Source: a virus (Duplodnaviria > Caudoviricetes). Taken from it: a DNA stretch of 50,933 nt. The stretch is taken from IMG/VR virus record IMGVR_UViG_3300020042_005652, positions 1 through 50,933 of that record; one strand, given 5' to 3'. Numbering within the stretch: the stretch's first letter is position 1; each line of letters begins with the position of its first letter. The position numbers were made by a program, and so were the translations under genes. Positions 16,212 to 25,736 of this stretch are shown piece by piece. The notes beneath the pieces are model-generated. The model saw only the letters and a program-made list of their open reading frames with translations. It did not search any database and was not told the origin of the DNA.

Positions 16212-16519
16212 TGTAATTTAATCCATGATGCCAATGTGTCAATGGAGAAGATTCCCATCACATTTAAACGAATACACGCTTGGTAGAATTCTGCCTGTTT
16301 GAATCCCGAATCGGAATCGTAGATGAATGCCGTCTCATTGGGAGTTGCCCGAACATAGAATTCAGGTAATTTTTTGGATACTCCCCATCCCACCAGATTA
16401 TTCAACAATCGCTGAATAGTATCATCCGAAGATTGTATCACGCCTGAAAATACAAAACCAAAGCTTTCGCTATGATAATATTTCAATTCGTGAATAGGTA
16501 ATATTTTTTCTTCTACCAT
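16208..16519 (-). CDS. hypothetical protein
   Basis: ORF; TACAAT shortly before ATG. Confidence 0.7.
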   Translation of the reverse strand: MVEEKILPIHELKYYHSESFGFVFSGVIQSSDDTIQRLLNNLVGWGVSKKLPEFYVRATPNETAFIYDSDSGFKQAEFYQACIRLNVMGIFSIDTLASWIKLH

Positions 16520-16546
16520 TATTGTATAATTAAAAAGTAAATATAA

Positions 16547-16897
16547 TTAGTCATAACTCTTTAGAATTGATTCAAAGACTGGGCAATATGTATAATAATT
16601 ATCAAAAGAATACACACGATTCCTAAAAAAGATATAGCAAATTGATTCATAATCAGGAATACCAGAAATTTCATCTATAATTGGATGAGATACATAGAAA
16701 AATTCTCCTTTATATGTATGTTTAACCACTGAACGAAGATCTTCAATGAATTGATCATACCAATCATCTGGTTCTTTTTGATGATTGGTATAAAATACAT
16801 CATACTCGTATTTGCGGGCTACTTCACTTCCCATGAGGATACAGTCGAATAGCACTTTGTTTTTTACGTTTTCTAGATTGATTGCGAATTTTTCCAT
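16547..16897 (-). CDS. hypothetical protein
   Basis: ATG 16897 after A-rich leader. Confidence 0.65.
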   Translation of the reverse strand: MEKFAINLENVKNKVLFDCILMGSEVARKYEYDVFYTNHQKEPDDWYDQFIEDLRSVVKHTYKGEFFYVSHPIIDEISGIPDYESICYIFFRNRVYSFDNYYTYCPVFESILKSYD

Positions 16898-16940
16898 ATT
16901 TTTATTTGTTTTTTTACTCTGGCGGCAACTTTGCAAAGAC

Positions 16941-17195
16941 TTAATACTTATCTTCGACTTTCTTATTCAACTTATTGATTCGTTTCCCAACTTTCTCAAT
17001 TCGGGCAGTAGCTTCATTTAACTGATCCTCTAGTAGCTCATCGTATTGGATATACATGTCACGCCAGCGTTTGGCTTCTTCTCGCCACAATTTGTTTTCA
17101 GCTACTAATTCGTCAACTCTTTTGAGCGTTTGATTATAGTTCTCTTCATTTACTTGTGCGCGTAATTTCCAGATTTCAGTTTCGTTTGTTTCCAT
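16941..17195 (-). CDS. coiled-coil hypothetical protein
   Basis: heptad-rich ORF. Confidence 0.65.
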   Translation of the reverse strand: METNETEIWKLRAQVNEENYNQTLKRVDELVAENKLWREEAKRWRDMYIQYDELLEDQLNEATARIEKVGKRINKLNKKVEDKY

Positions 17196-17239
17196 TTTAT
17201 TTTATGTGTTATTGTCATTTACCATCAAAGATATTTTTA

Positions 17240-17779
17240 TCAATTACTTGCATTTTGTGGGTGATTTAAAAACCATTCTGGAGTCTCTCGTCTTGTCCAT
17301 TTAGCAAAAGGAGCCTTATCACAGATATAATATAAACGATATTTGTCAACTATAGATGATGAATCGAATGATGGATGATGACGACAATTTTGATCTGCTG
17401 CGATTGCGATTGCAAATTCAGTGAGATCACCATCTGGCACTTGAGCTTTGTTTATATTATTGAATACCCAGTCAATAAAAGAAGAAACAAAGTGTGGATT
17501 ATAACCACGGAAAAGCCTTTCTTGTTCTAGAGCGATGGTGTGATCCAACAACCATAACATATTTGCCAAATTCTTGCGAGTCCAAATGCTAGATGGATGA
17601 TTCCAGTGAGAATACTTTCGAACTGTTCCTGCTTTTGTAAGCGGAGCAGTCTCAATATCTTTTTGAGAGAAACAGTTAGTGAGCATTTGAACACTCTCTA
17701 GAACCATCTTATTGATGTGAAGGTTGCACATTTGCTGTGCTGCCATTACAGGATTTTCGTCGATACAGAATATATTCAT
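17240..17779 (-). CDS. pyrimidine-dimer DNA glycosylase / endonuclease V-like protein
   Basis: MNIF.ID.NP..AA....HI.KM.LE..QML, H.NHPS..W, YRLYY..DK..FAKW. Confidence 0.75.
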   Translation of the reverse strand: MNIFCIDENPVMAAQQMCNLHINKMVLESVQMLTNCFSQKDIETAPLTKAGTVRKYSHWNHPSSIWTRKNLANMLWLLDHTIALEQERLFRGYNPHFVSSFIDWVFNNINKAQVPDGDLTEFAIAIAADQNCRHHPSFDSSSIVDKYRLYYICDKAPFAKWTRRETPEWFLNHPQNASN

Positions 17780-18384
17780 TTTTCCCAGATATTTGCTTCA
17801 GAACTTTTACCTCTGGAACTGCCCTCGGTATTCTCAAGTTCCTGTTCATTATAGAGGATGCCATCAATATAGTCAAGACCATTCGGGGATTCTTTTACAA
17901 TAAATTTAAGCAATGATGGGTCAAATGATTCTGTTTCAAACGAATCACCAAAAATTGTTCCTTTCTCATAGGAATGATACTCCAGCACTTGATCTGGAAT
18001 GTCCTCAAATTTAACATCTGAGCCAACATAATTAATACATTCATGTTTTTCCGCAAAATCTCTGAATTTTTCTTCAATGATTGTTTTCGATGATCCATCT
18101 TCAAACAGTTCTTCCACGAGAATAGAGCAAGAATCCAAATCGGGGCTATAATAATGCAAGAATTTTAAACTACTATCTTCAATATAGATAGATTCATTAT
18201 CCTCAAGCAAGAAATTATGCTCATGGGGAATGTCGATTGATTCATCAGGGCTGAGAATATAATCTACAATATCAACCTCTTCATTCTTTTGTTGCTGAAA
18301 CCAGTATGAATATTGATCTTCGTTTAAGCGTAGGAAAATACTTTCCGCGCCATGACCATTTAATGTTAATAAATATTTATTCAT
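17776..18384 (-). CDS. acidic hypothetical protein
   Basis: ORF, start MNKYLL. Confidence 0.7.
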   Translation of the reverse strand: MNKYLLTLNGHGAESIFLRLNEDQYSYWFQQQKNEEVDIVDYILSPDESIDIPHEHNFLLEDNESIYIEDSSLKFLHYYSPDLDSCSILVEELFEDGSSKTIIEEKFRDFAEKHECINYVGSDVKFEDIPDQVLEYHSYEKGTIFGDSFETESFDPSLLKFIVKESPNGLDYIDGILYNEQELENTEGSSRGKSSEANIWEK

Positions 18385-18580
18385 AATTTTTATCTTCAAA
18401 TAATTCTTTAACGCTATCTTCACAAAAAGTTTGGTGAATTAGGATCGTCTTAAATGCAGTAATCCAATCATCTACATTAGCATCCCAGTTCAGTGTGAGA
18501 AGTAATGATTTATTGTGTATATAACTATCTACGGTGATTGTCGTTTTATCGTCTTTACTTGGTAACATATTATAATTCAT
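18377..18580 (-). CDS. hypothetical protein
   Basis: operon packing. Confidence 0.55.
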   Translation of the reverse strand: MNYNMLPSKDDKTTITVDSYIHNKSLLLTLNWDANVDDWITAFKTILIHQTFCEDSVKELFEDKNYE

Positions 18581-18971
18581 TTAATTTTGAAATTAATCGT
18601 TTAATTTGCGTCTGAGAACAATCAGGTCGGTTTACATATTCTAATACTGCATCAACCGCAGCGCCACAACTTAAACCGCATAATTTATCTGCCGCCATAG
18701 AAACTGTTTCTTTGTGATTCTCGGTCGTATGATCACGGTTTTGAATATCAATCAAGTGATCCACAAGATCGGCAATGCCTTGATCATTGAGCAATACCAT
18801 GTCAGCGTATGGTTTACCCTTGAGGCAATTCCATGCTAATTTAATACGATTACCCCACGATCTATTTTGTGGGTTAGAGTGGAACAGAGAAATTTCTGTG
18901 CCGAAATAATCATTGTATTCAACCCATAAACCTTCACTACCACATTCACATCTAAAAAATTTACCTTGCAT
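18570..18971 (-). CDS. hypothetical protein
   Basis: TATAAT-AAAAAC-ATG; FFRCECGSE. Confidence 0.7.
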   Translation of the reverse strand: MQGKFFRCECGSEGLWVEYNDYFGTEISLFHSNPQNRSWGNRIKLAWNCLKGKPYADMVLLNDQGIADLVDHLIDIQNRDHTTENHKETVSMAADKLCGLSCGAAVDAVLEYVNRPDCSQTQIKRLISKLNEL

Positions 18972-18994
18972 GTTTTTATTATATTGGTGTTCCT

Positions 18995-19870
18995 TTATTT
19001 TACAATCTTAAGTTTGCTTACGTCAACACCGAACTTAGCAGCAATGTCATCTAAAGTAAGTTCAATTGGTTTGGTAAGAGCATTAAATTCTTGTTCTGAT
19101 AGACGCTTACCATCGACCCACCATGCTTTATATCCATCAGCCCATTCAATTGCTGGCCCATCAAGACGATGAAGTTTACCATCAACAAACCATGATTTAT
19201 TCCCATTAGCCCATTTAATTGCTGGCACATCAAGACGATGAAGTTTACCATCAACAAACCATGATTTATATCCACTAGCACCTTCAAACGCTGGTCCATC
19301 TAGACGATGACGTTTACCATCGACATACCATGCTTTACTCCCATCAGAAAATTCAATTGCTGCCCCATCAAGACGATGACGCTTATCATCAACCCACCAT
19401 TCTTTACGTCCATCAGCATTTTCAACGGCTGGTCCATCTAGACGATGAAGTTTACCATCGACATACCATTCTTTACTTCCATCAACACCTTCAATGGCTG
19501 GTCCATCTAGACGATGAAGTTTATCATCAACATACCATTCTTTACTTCCATCAACACCTTCAAAGGCTGGTTCATCTAGACGATGAAGTTTACCATCAAC
19601 AAACCATGATTTATTCCCATTAGCACCTTCAAACGCTGGTCCATCTAGTCGATGACGTTTACCATCCACAAACCATGCTTTATATCCATGAGCATATTCA
19701 ACTGCTGGCCCATCAAGCCGATGAAGTTTACCATCAACATACCATGCTTTACTCCCATCAGCACCTTCAAACGCTGGTCCATCAAGACGATGACGAATAG
19801 TCATCGTTTTGTTTTTGTAGTAAAACTTATTACCATCTTTATCGATTTTAATGTATTGTGCTTCTTGCAT
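18995..19870 (-). CDS. HRLDGPA-repeat protein, 10 repeats
   Basis: 69-bp tandem repeats, caps conserved. Confidence 0.9.
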   Translation of the reverse strand: MQEAQYIKIDKDGNKFYYKNKTMTIRHRLDGPAFEGADGSKAWYVDGKLHRLDGPAVEYAHGYKAWFVDGKRHRLDGPAFEGANGNKSWFVDGKLHRLDEPAFEGVDGSKEWYVDDKLHRLDGPAIEGVDGSKEWYVDGKLHRLDGPAVENADGRKEWWVDDKRHRLDGAAIEFSDGSKAWYVDGKRHRLDGPAFEGASGYKSWFVDGKLHRLDVPAIKWANGNKSWFVDGKLHRLDGPAIEWADGYKAWWVDGKRLSEQEFNALTKPIELTLDDIAAKFGVDVSKLKIVK

Positions 19871-19891
19871 GTTTTTATTGTATTCTAGTTT

Positions 19892-20422
19892 TTACTTTAC
19901 AATCTTAAGCTTGCTTACGTCAACGCCGAACTTAGCAGCAATGTCATCTAAAGTAAGTTCAATTGGTTTCGATAGAGCGTTAAACGCTTCTTCTGATAGA
20001 AGTTTATCATCAACCCACCATGCTTTATATCCATTAGCCCATTCAAATGCAGGTCCATCTAGCCGATGCTGTTTACCATCGACCCACCATTCTTTACTCC
20101 CATCAGAAAATTCAAATGCAGGTCCATCTAGCCGATGAAGTTTACCATCAACAAACCATACTTTCTCTCCATTAGCATATTCAACTGCTGGCCCATCAAG
20201 CCGATGACGCTTACCATTAACCCACCATACTTTACTTCCATTGGCATATTCAACGGCTGGTCCATCTAGACGATGAAGTTTACCATCAACCCACCATGAT
20301 TTATTTCCATCAGCCCATTCAATTGCTGGTCCATCTTGACGATGAAACAATGTCATGGCTTTGGCTTTAAAGTAAAACTTATTACCGTTGTTATCAATTT
20401 CAATATATTGTTTTTCTTGCAT
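19892..20422 (-). CDS. HRLDGPA-repeat protein, 5 repeats
   Basis: 69-bp tandem repeats, caps conserved. Confidence 0.9.
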   Translation of the reverse strand: MQEKQYIEIDNNGNKFYFKAKAMTLFHRQDGPAIEWADGNKSWWVDGKLHRLDGPAVEYANGSKVWWVNGKRHRLDGPAVEYANGEKVWFVDGKLHRLDGPAFEFSDGSKEWWVDGKQHRLDGPAFEWANGYKAWWVDDKLLSEEAFNALSKPIELTLDDIAAKFGVDVSKLKIVK

Positions 20423-20434
20423 GTTTTTATTGTA

Positions 20435-20782
20435 TCAGTGTTCCTTCTTAAGTAAATCTTTATTCTCAAAAATATTACCAATTACTTCTACGATATTCGA
20501 TTTCTTGGTGATGAAAGGATATTCAACAGACATAATAATATTTTCAAATTTTGAATTTCCGTTAGGTGTTTCAATAATATCACCTTCATAAATGTCAACT
20601 CCATTCTTATCTTTTAGACCAGTGTATTGTTGAACGATGCATTCCTTGCCGCCTGATCCATTTAAAAGATTGTGAAATTCACCTTTTAAAGAAAGAACAT
20701 AATGTCCTTGGTATCCTTCATCACATTTGATGAATCGTTCTTCTAGTTTATCCCATACTCGGAATTTTAGTTCTCTGCTCAT
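20435..20782 (-). CDS. YopX-family protein
   Basis: RELKFRVWD, QYTGLKDKNG.DIYEGDI, EVIGNIFEN. Confidence 0.9.
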   Translation of the reverse strand: MSRELKFRVWDKLEERFIKCDEGYQGHYVLSLKGEFHNLLNGSGGKECIVQQYTGLKDKNGVDIYEGDIIETPNGNSKFENIIMSVEYPFITKKSNIVEVIGNIFENKDLLKKEH

Positions 20783-21171
20783 TTTAATAGTGCTTCAATA
20801 ATTTTCTCAGCATTCTCTTGAATCGATGGGTATTGAAGAGCGTTGAATCTTTCACCGTGTTTAGCGATGAATGCTTGCCAATCAGCAAGAGCTTCTGGAG
20901 TTAATGTATTTTGGGATGGTCGAGCTTCACTTGCTTTACGAATGATATCGATCAATTGATCTTCTTTTTCTCTTGCTGCTGCTGTAATTTCTGCCTTATA
21001 AGGGTATACTTGTTGACGAATAGAAGTGCATCCTTCAGCAACTTTAACTAACCACCAACCTTGACGTAGACCATCATAAGCACAAGGATCATTATCTTGA
21101 ACGTATTTACGGCCAACTTTCTTATAGCGGATTCCATTCATTTTATTGTAGATTTTTGTTTCTGCATTCAT
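20779..21171 (-). CDS. hypothetical protein
   Basis: ATGA-coupled ORF. Confidence 0.7.
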   Translation of the reverse strand: MNAETKIYNKMNGIRYKKVGRKYVQDNDPCAYDGLRQGWWLVKVAEGCTSIRQQVYPYKAEITAAAREKEDQLIDIIRKASEARPSQNTLTPEALADWQAFIAKHGERFNALQYPSIQENAEKIIEALLK

Positions 21172-21836
21172 TGTAGTGATCCTTTCGCTTGGTCGTCGTT
21201 GTCCAAAGTCATCTTGAATCCAACGCCAGCAGCTTTGTGATACACGATGATTCCTTCAGGGTTCATGAATCCTGCTGCGGCTTTGCTGCCAGATAAACCA
21301 AGAACAGTTAAGGTATCATTTACAAACGCTGTGTCGAAGATACCCTCATAAAGGATTGGCACTACTTTACAGCAAGCGGGCGCGTGTTCCGTAAACTTCT
21401 GCGGAACTGTTGGGTTGTCGTTCAAGATTGCGTAGGTCGGCTTATCGTGTTCAACCCAACGGCTAGCGTTGAAGAGCGAGAAGAAACGCTCGCCTTTCTT
21501 GAAACCGTAGTTCCGTTGGATGCCACTACCCCACCACTCACCGAAGTGATGTCCTTCGCCTAATTTGACAAGCTTGTCGGCGTGAAACCATACCCATTGG
21601 GCAAACCCAAAGTTGTCTTTATCTGGTGTGATCCAACGGGTGCGCGAGCCAGCTTTGATATTCCAGACTTTTCCGTCTTCATCCGAAGCACTTGTAAAAC
21701 CCTCTTCAGCTTCAGTATTGAGAATTGGGTCATAGATATAGATGCTGGCATTAGTGCCGTCGATCTTTTCGGTGATGACGCATTCGCGTCGAAAGCGAGC
21801 CATTTTAGGGAACGGTTTAAATTGCAGTGTGTTCAT
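21168..21836 (-). CDS. RNA ligase-family nucleotidyltransferase (Rnl2-like adenylation domain)
   Basis: TEKIDGTN (KxDG), GSR, FGEWWG, EGIIV, FK. Confidence 0.85.
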   Translation of the reverse strand: MNTLQFKPFPKMARFRRECVITEKIDGTNASIYIYDPILNTEAEEGFTSASDEDGKVWNIKAGSRTRWITPDKDNFGFAQWVWFHADKLVKLGEGHHFGEWWGSGIQRNYGFKKGERFFSLFNASRWVEHDKPTYAILNDNPTVPQKFTEHAPACCKVVPILYEGIFDTAFVNDTLTVLGLSGSKAAAGFMNPEGIIVYHKAAGVGFKMTLDNDDQAKGSLQ

Positions 21837-21848
21837 ATATTTGTTTGT

Positions 21849-22046
21849 TTAGTATTCTTCGCCTTCACTTGGCGTTCTATATAGTCTATCAATCTTAGCG
21901 AGACAGTCAAGCATTGTTTCTTGGCTGAGAGAAATATTTCTTGCAATATAAATCACTGCACAAATACTGTCCAATAAGAAAAGTTTTTCTTCTGGTGTAT
22001 AATGATGAATCATTTTCAGTTCTGATAAATCATATTTCTCTTTCAT
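21849..22046 (-). CDS. hypothetical protein
   Basis: TACAAT-N6-ATG at 22046. Confidence 0.6.
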   Translation of the reverse strand: MKEKYDLSELKMIHHYTPEEKLFLLDSICAVIYIARNISLSQETMLDCLAKIDRLYRTPSEGEEY

Positions 22047-22068
22047 AGTGTTATTGTAGGGGTATTCC

Positions 22069-22176
22069 TTACTTAGCGAAATAGGTATAAGTTCCGTATT
22101 CGTCAATTCGGATTGCAGCGGGTGGAGCGCAACTAGAGATCATAACAGCTAGGCAAATGATGGTGATTACTTTCAT
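22069..22176 (-). CDS. 35-aa predicted lipoprotein
   Basis: MKVITIICLAVMISSC lipobox-type signal. Confidence 0.55.
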   Translation of the reverse strand: MKVITIICLAVMISSCAPPAAIRIDEYGTYTYFAK

Positions 22177-22186
22177 TTTAGTTATC

Positions 22187-22648
22187 TTACTTTACAATCT
22201 TAATCTTATTAACGTCAACGCCGAACTTAGCAGCAATGTCATCTAAAGTAAGTTCAATTGGTTTCGATAGAGCGTTAAACGCTTCTTCTGATAGAAGTTT
22301 ACCATCGACCCACCATGCTTTATATCCATTAGCATATTCAAATGCAGGTCCATCTAGCCGATGCTGTTTACCATTAACCCACCATTCTTTATGTCCATAA
22401 GCATCTTCAACTGCTGGTCCATCAAGCCTATTAAGTCTACCATCAACATACCATTCTTTGTCTCCATTAGCATATTCAATTGCTGGTCCATCTAGTCGAT
22501 GACGTTTACCATCCACAAACCATGCTTTATATCCATGAGCATATTCAACTGCTGGTCCATCTAGACGATGAAGAATAGTCATCGTTTTGTTTTTGTAGTA
22601 AAACTTATTACCATCTCTATCGATTCGAATATATTGTTCTTCTTGCAT
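22187..22648 (-). CDS. HRLDGPA-repeat protein, 4 repeats
   Basis: repeats and caps; motif promoter. Confidence 0.9.
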   Translation of the reverse strand: MQEEQYIRIDRDGNKFYYKNKTMTILHRLDGPAVEYAHGYKAWFVDGKRHRLDGPAIEYANGDKEWYVDGRLNRLDGPAVEDAYGHKEWWVNGKQHRLDGPAFEYANGYKAWWVDGKLLSEEAFNALSKPIELTLDDIAAKFGVDVNKIKIVK

Positions 22649-22937
22649 GTTTTTATTGTATTCTAGTTTTAATTATCGAGCTTGTCTAGCATTGTCAAGA
22701 ATGCTATCCACATCTTTTCTCAGTTGAACGATAAGGGCAAGTAAATGTTCGATTTCTGCTTCGATTTGTATGTTTGTCATATTAATAACGATTTTTTAAA
22801 CGAGTAAGAACATTTTTATTCTGCTCCAAGATTTCATCAAGCATATTAAAACAATATTCTTTCCAAACTTCCTCTGTAATGATTCCATTTTGAACTTTAG
22901 CGAACATCTCGTAGTATTGGTCGTTTTCCATACAAGG

Positions 22938-22965
22938 ATTATGCCATTTATTGAGATTTTGTCAA
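22938..22965 (-). promoter_or_regulatory. sigma70-type promoter, leaderless
   Basis: TTGACA-16-CATAAT-N6-ATG(22931). Confidence 0.65.
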
Positions 22966-23648
22966 GCTTTTCGATGCTCTTTTATTTCCTCAATCTCTAA
23001 AATTGTGGCATAGCATCCATCAGAATCAGCCCAATGGCTTGCGTGAAAGTGTCCATGATACGACTTCGATGGTTGGCAAAGTTTAATTAATTCGTTATGT
23101 TCGATACGCTCTTTGTAGCACAAGTCCCAAAGCGTTGGATCTTTTTCACACCAACTACTAATGCCTTCCTTATCAAAAGAGCCGATCCAGCTTGGGGCAG
23201 AATGCGTAATGAGAACATCACATTTTTCAACCAATTCTGGCTTTAAAACAAAAAGCTCATCACTCCAGTAGCTCAATCCTTCTTTTCTAAAGACACGATC
23301 AATACTTACTGCTCCACCAACGAATAGAAATTTTTCTTCGTTAATGATTTCGGTATGATAATCGGGGAGCAATTTAAAATTACTTAAATCTATTCTATTT
23401 GGTCCACAGAAATACTGTGGATCATCGTGATTGCCCCGAATCGACATAAAAAGAATTTGACGCTCTGAGAAGAATTTATTCATAAGAGTGCAGCCTTTAA
23501 GTTCACCTGCTGGTGAGCGATTAAACCCCACACCTAAGTCACCTACACAAATTAATATACAGTCTCGTAGATCAAGATCTGTTATTTTTTTCTCAAAACG
23601 AGCAAAGGCTCCGTGAATATCTCCGATAATGTAAGTAGGTTTGTTCAT
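22962..23648 (-). CDS. calcineurin-like metallophosphoesterase
   Basis: GDIHG, VGD, RGNHD, THS, GHFH. Confidence 0.9.
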   Translation of the reverse strand: MNKPTYIIGDIHGAFARFEKKITDLDLRDCILICVGDLGVGFNRSPAGELKGCTLMNKFFSERQILFMSIRGNHDDPQYFCGPNRIDLSNFKLLPDYHTEIINEEKFLFVGGAVSIDRVFRKEGLSYWSDELFVLKPELVEKCDVLITHSAPSWIGSFDKEGISSWCEKDPTLWDLCYKERIEHNELIKLCQPSKSYHGHFHASHWADSDGCYATILEIEEIKEHRKA

Positions 23649-23848
23649 GATGTAATATATTTTTGTTCTTTTAAATAGTGGATGATGTCGTTTTGCTGTG
23701 ATTTTGTATAACTTTTCTTAAGCTTTCTTCTTGCTTGTATAGTAGAATAGTTTTTGTATGCTCGTCCGAAACTAAAATGAAAGATGAGATTATGTTTAGG
23801 AAAAATCACATTGTTACCATTAACTTCGTAACGCATATCTAATTGCAT
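23645..23848 (-). CDS. hypothetical protein
   Basis: coupled overlaps both ends. Confidence 0.55.
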   Translation of the reverse strand: MQLDMRYEVNGNNVIFPKHNLIFHFSFGRAYKNYSTIQARRKLKKSYTKSQQNDIIHYLKEQKYITS

Positions 23849-24153
23849 TACTGCTCCTTTTCAAATAAAGCTTTTAATCTCTCGTATTCAGAATGATCTC
23901 GGGTCATTTGTCGCTCTAAGCTTTCCTTATCACGCCTCATTCGGTTTTCATATTCAAGATCAGTTTCAAAACGTTTACCACGAAGCTTGAGGTGATACCC
24001 GCCTTCATAACAAGAATCTTCACTGATTTGCAAATCAGTCCAATCCTTTGAATATTTTTCTTGTAGTGATCGAAGATATTCAATTGCTTCATCAATACTC
24101 ATCTCGTCTAAATAAAGATCAGTAAAATCTTTCGTGTGAATTAATTTTTGCAT
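23848..24153 (-). CDS. hypothetical protein
   Basis: R.ETD.EY..R pattern common in phage small proteins. Confidence 0.7.
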   Translation of the reverse strand: MQKLIHTKDFTDLYLDEMSIDEAIEYLRSLQEKYSKDWTDLQISEDSCYEGGYHLKLRGKRFETDLEYENRMRRDKESLERQMTRDHSEYERLKALFEKEQ

Positions 24154-24277
24154 AGTGTTTCTTTGATAATATTATATAGCGGCAGTCCAATTATAATCAA
24201 CAATAAAATAAGCAATTCAGGATTGCTTTTATAAAATGCCCATTCTGATTTTAATTGGTATTTAAAGTCTTCCCATT

Positions 24278-24616
24278 TCATAATTTATTTAAATTTTTAT
24301 CCAACAATCCAAGCACCCAATCCAATCTGAATTGAGCATTAAAGCGATCACTGATGTAAAACAAATTACCACTAATATCTTCTTCACTCTTATAACCATA
24401 GGTATCTAGCGGACTTCTTTCGTCACGACCATAATAATCAGTAGTGGCAAGCCATTTGGACTGTGCAGCAATCACTCCTACATAAGGACGAACAATATCT
24501 TTTGCAGTTTCTAAAGATACACCATGTGTATAAAAATTACTAAATACATGCTTAGTCAAAAGCTTATAACGCAATTCGGATTTCTTTTCGAGACGATTTT
24601 TGGTCTTTCTTTTCAT
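24278..24616 (-). CDS. hypothetical protein
   Basis: ATGA-coupled ORF. Confidence 0.65.
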   Translation of the reverse strand: MKRKTKNRLEKKSELRYKLLTKHVFSNFYTHGVSLETAKDIVRPYVGVIAAQSKWLATTDYYGRDERSPLDTYGYKSEEDISGNLFYISDRFNAQFRLDWVLGLLDKNLNKL

Positions 24617-25287
24617 ATTATTTTATCTTTTTGTTGTTCGTAATCCCAGAAATAATTTTCATTGTTACCTAGACGCGCTTTACCCCCACTTTCAACAGAG
24701 AAAGTCCGTGTTGAAACAAGGAAATCTGGCTTGAGTAATGTGGGAGGTGTAAGGCTTTCGTCAACCCATCGACATCTATTATTTGGATACAATCCAATTT
24801 GACCATTTGGTAAAACAACACAGTTGTGTGATTTGTGTTCTTCCGGTGTTTCTGAAAAAGATAAATCTGGTATGTCTCTATCTAAATGGATAGAGTCAAC
24901 TGTAAATAGATACTTACAGTTGTTTGAAACAATACCTGATCTGTGTTTAACCTCTACAGCCATAGTATCAAGAAATTGCTTTTCGATTATTTTAATATCA
25001 TAATCGAAACTATCCCAGTATTGTAGATCAGTTAAAGGCAAATCAGGATCTGGCTTTCTCGGTTTAGTGGGATTATTACTTTCATAATTTAGAAATGCTG
25101 ATATAGGTAGCTTATCATACAATGCTCCATAATCAGGAAGATATGTTTCAAAGTAAAAACTTCTCCTCCAAATTGATTTTAAAGACACCCACCAGCCTTT
25201 AACATACTCGCCATGTCCGTCTCTTAAATCTCTAAGGTATTCTTTACGTATCCATACTTTTTTTGGTGGTAGATTAATAACATTCAT
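24613..25287 (-). CDS. conserved phage hypothetical protein
   Basis: YGALYDKLPISAF, LQYWD, EHKSHN, NGQ..YPNNR recognisable from aquatic phages. Confidence 0.75.
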   Translation of the reverse strand: MNVINLPPKKVWIRKEYLRDLRDGHGEYVKGWWVSLKSIWRRSFYFETYLPDYGALYDKLPISAFLNYESNNPTKPRKPDPDLPLTDLQYWDSFDYDIKIIEKQFLDTMAVEVKHRSGIVSNNCKYLFTVDSIHLDRDIPDLSFSETPEEHKSHNCVVLPNGQIGLYPNNRCRWVDESLTPPTLLKPDFLVSTRTFSVESGGKARLGNNENYFWDYEQQKDKII

Positions 25288-25712
25288 TAGAAGTCCCTTT
25301 CTGTGGTCATATAATACATAGTAAGCTCCGCACCAGCTTCAATATCAACTTGTGTGTAGATATTGCCTGTTCTCCTATCCCAGAAACAGTTGGGTGTGTT
25401 TGAGTGATTTATATAGTATCCTTGATACAGCATAAATAAAGGCGCGTCAATACAAAAATTGTCATCATACCCATCTGTCATGCTATAAACATATTTTTGA
25501 ATAGCTGGATCTAAGTCGTTAAATTCATCGTAGCGAAACACAAATTCTGATTCCATATTACAAAACTCCATAAAAGCCTTACAGCCTTTAATAAGAGTGT
25601 CCTTAGGTATATTAACCAAAGCAAACACACCAATGCCTGCACCAGTTATTTTACTAGGAGCTAATTTTGTTTGCTGCTCGTATATTAATTTTTTTATTTC
25701 TTGCTTTGTCAT
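25287..25712 (-). CDS. SET-domain protein (putative lysine methyltransferase)
   Basis: S.I.GAGIGVFA...IPK, YINHS..PNC, DI.AG.ELT..Y. Confidence 0.85.
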   Translation of the reverse strand: MTKQEIKKLIYEQQTKLAPSKITGAGIGVFALVNIPKDTLIKGCKAFMEFCNMESEFVFRYDEFNDLDPAIQKYVYSMTDGYDDNFCIDAPLFMLYQGYYINHSNTPNCFWDRRTGNIYTQVDIEAGAELTMYYMTTERDF

Positions 25713-25736
25713 ATGTTTATTATATTGTTGTTCCTT

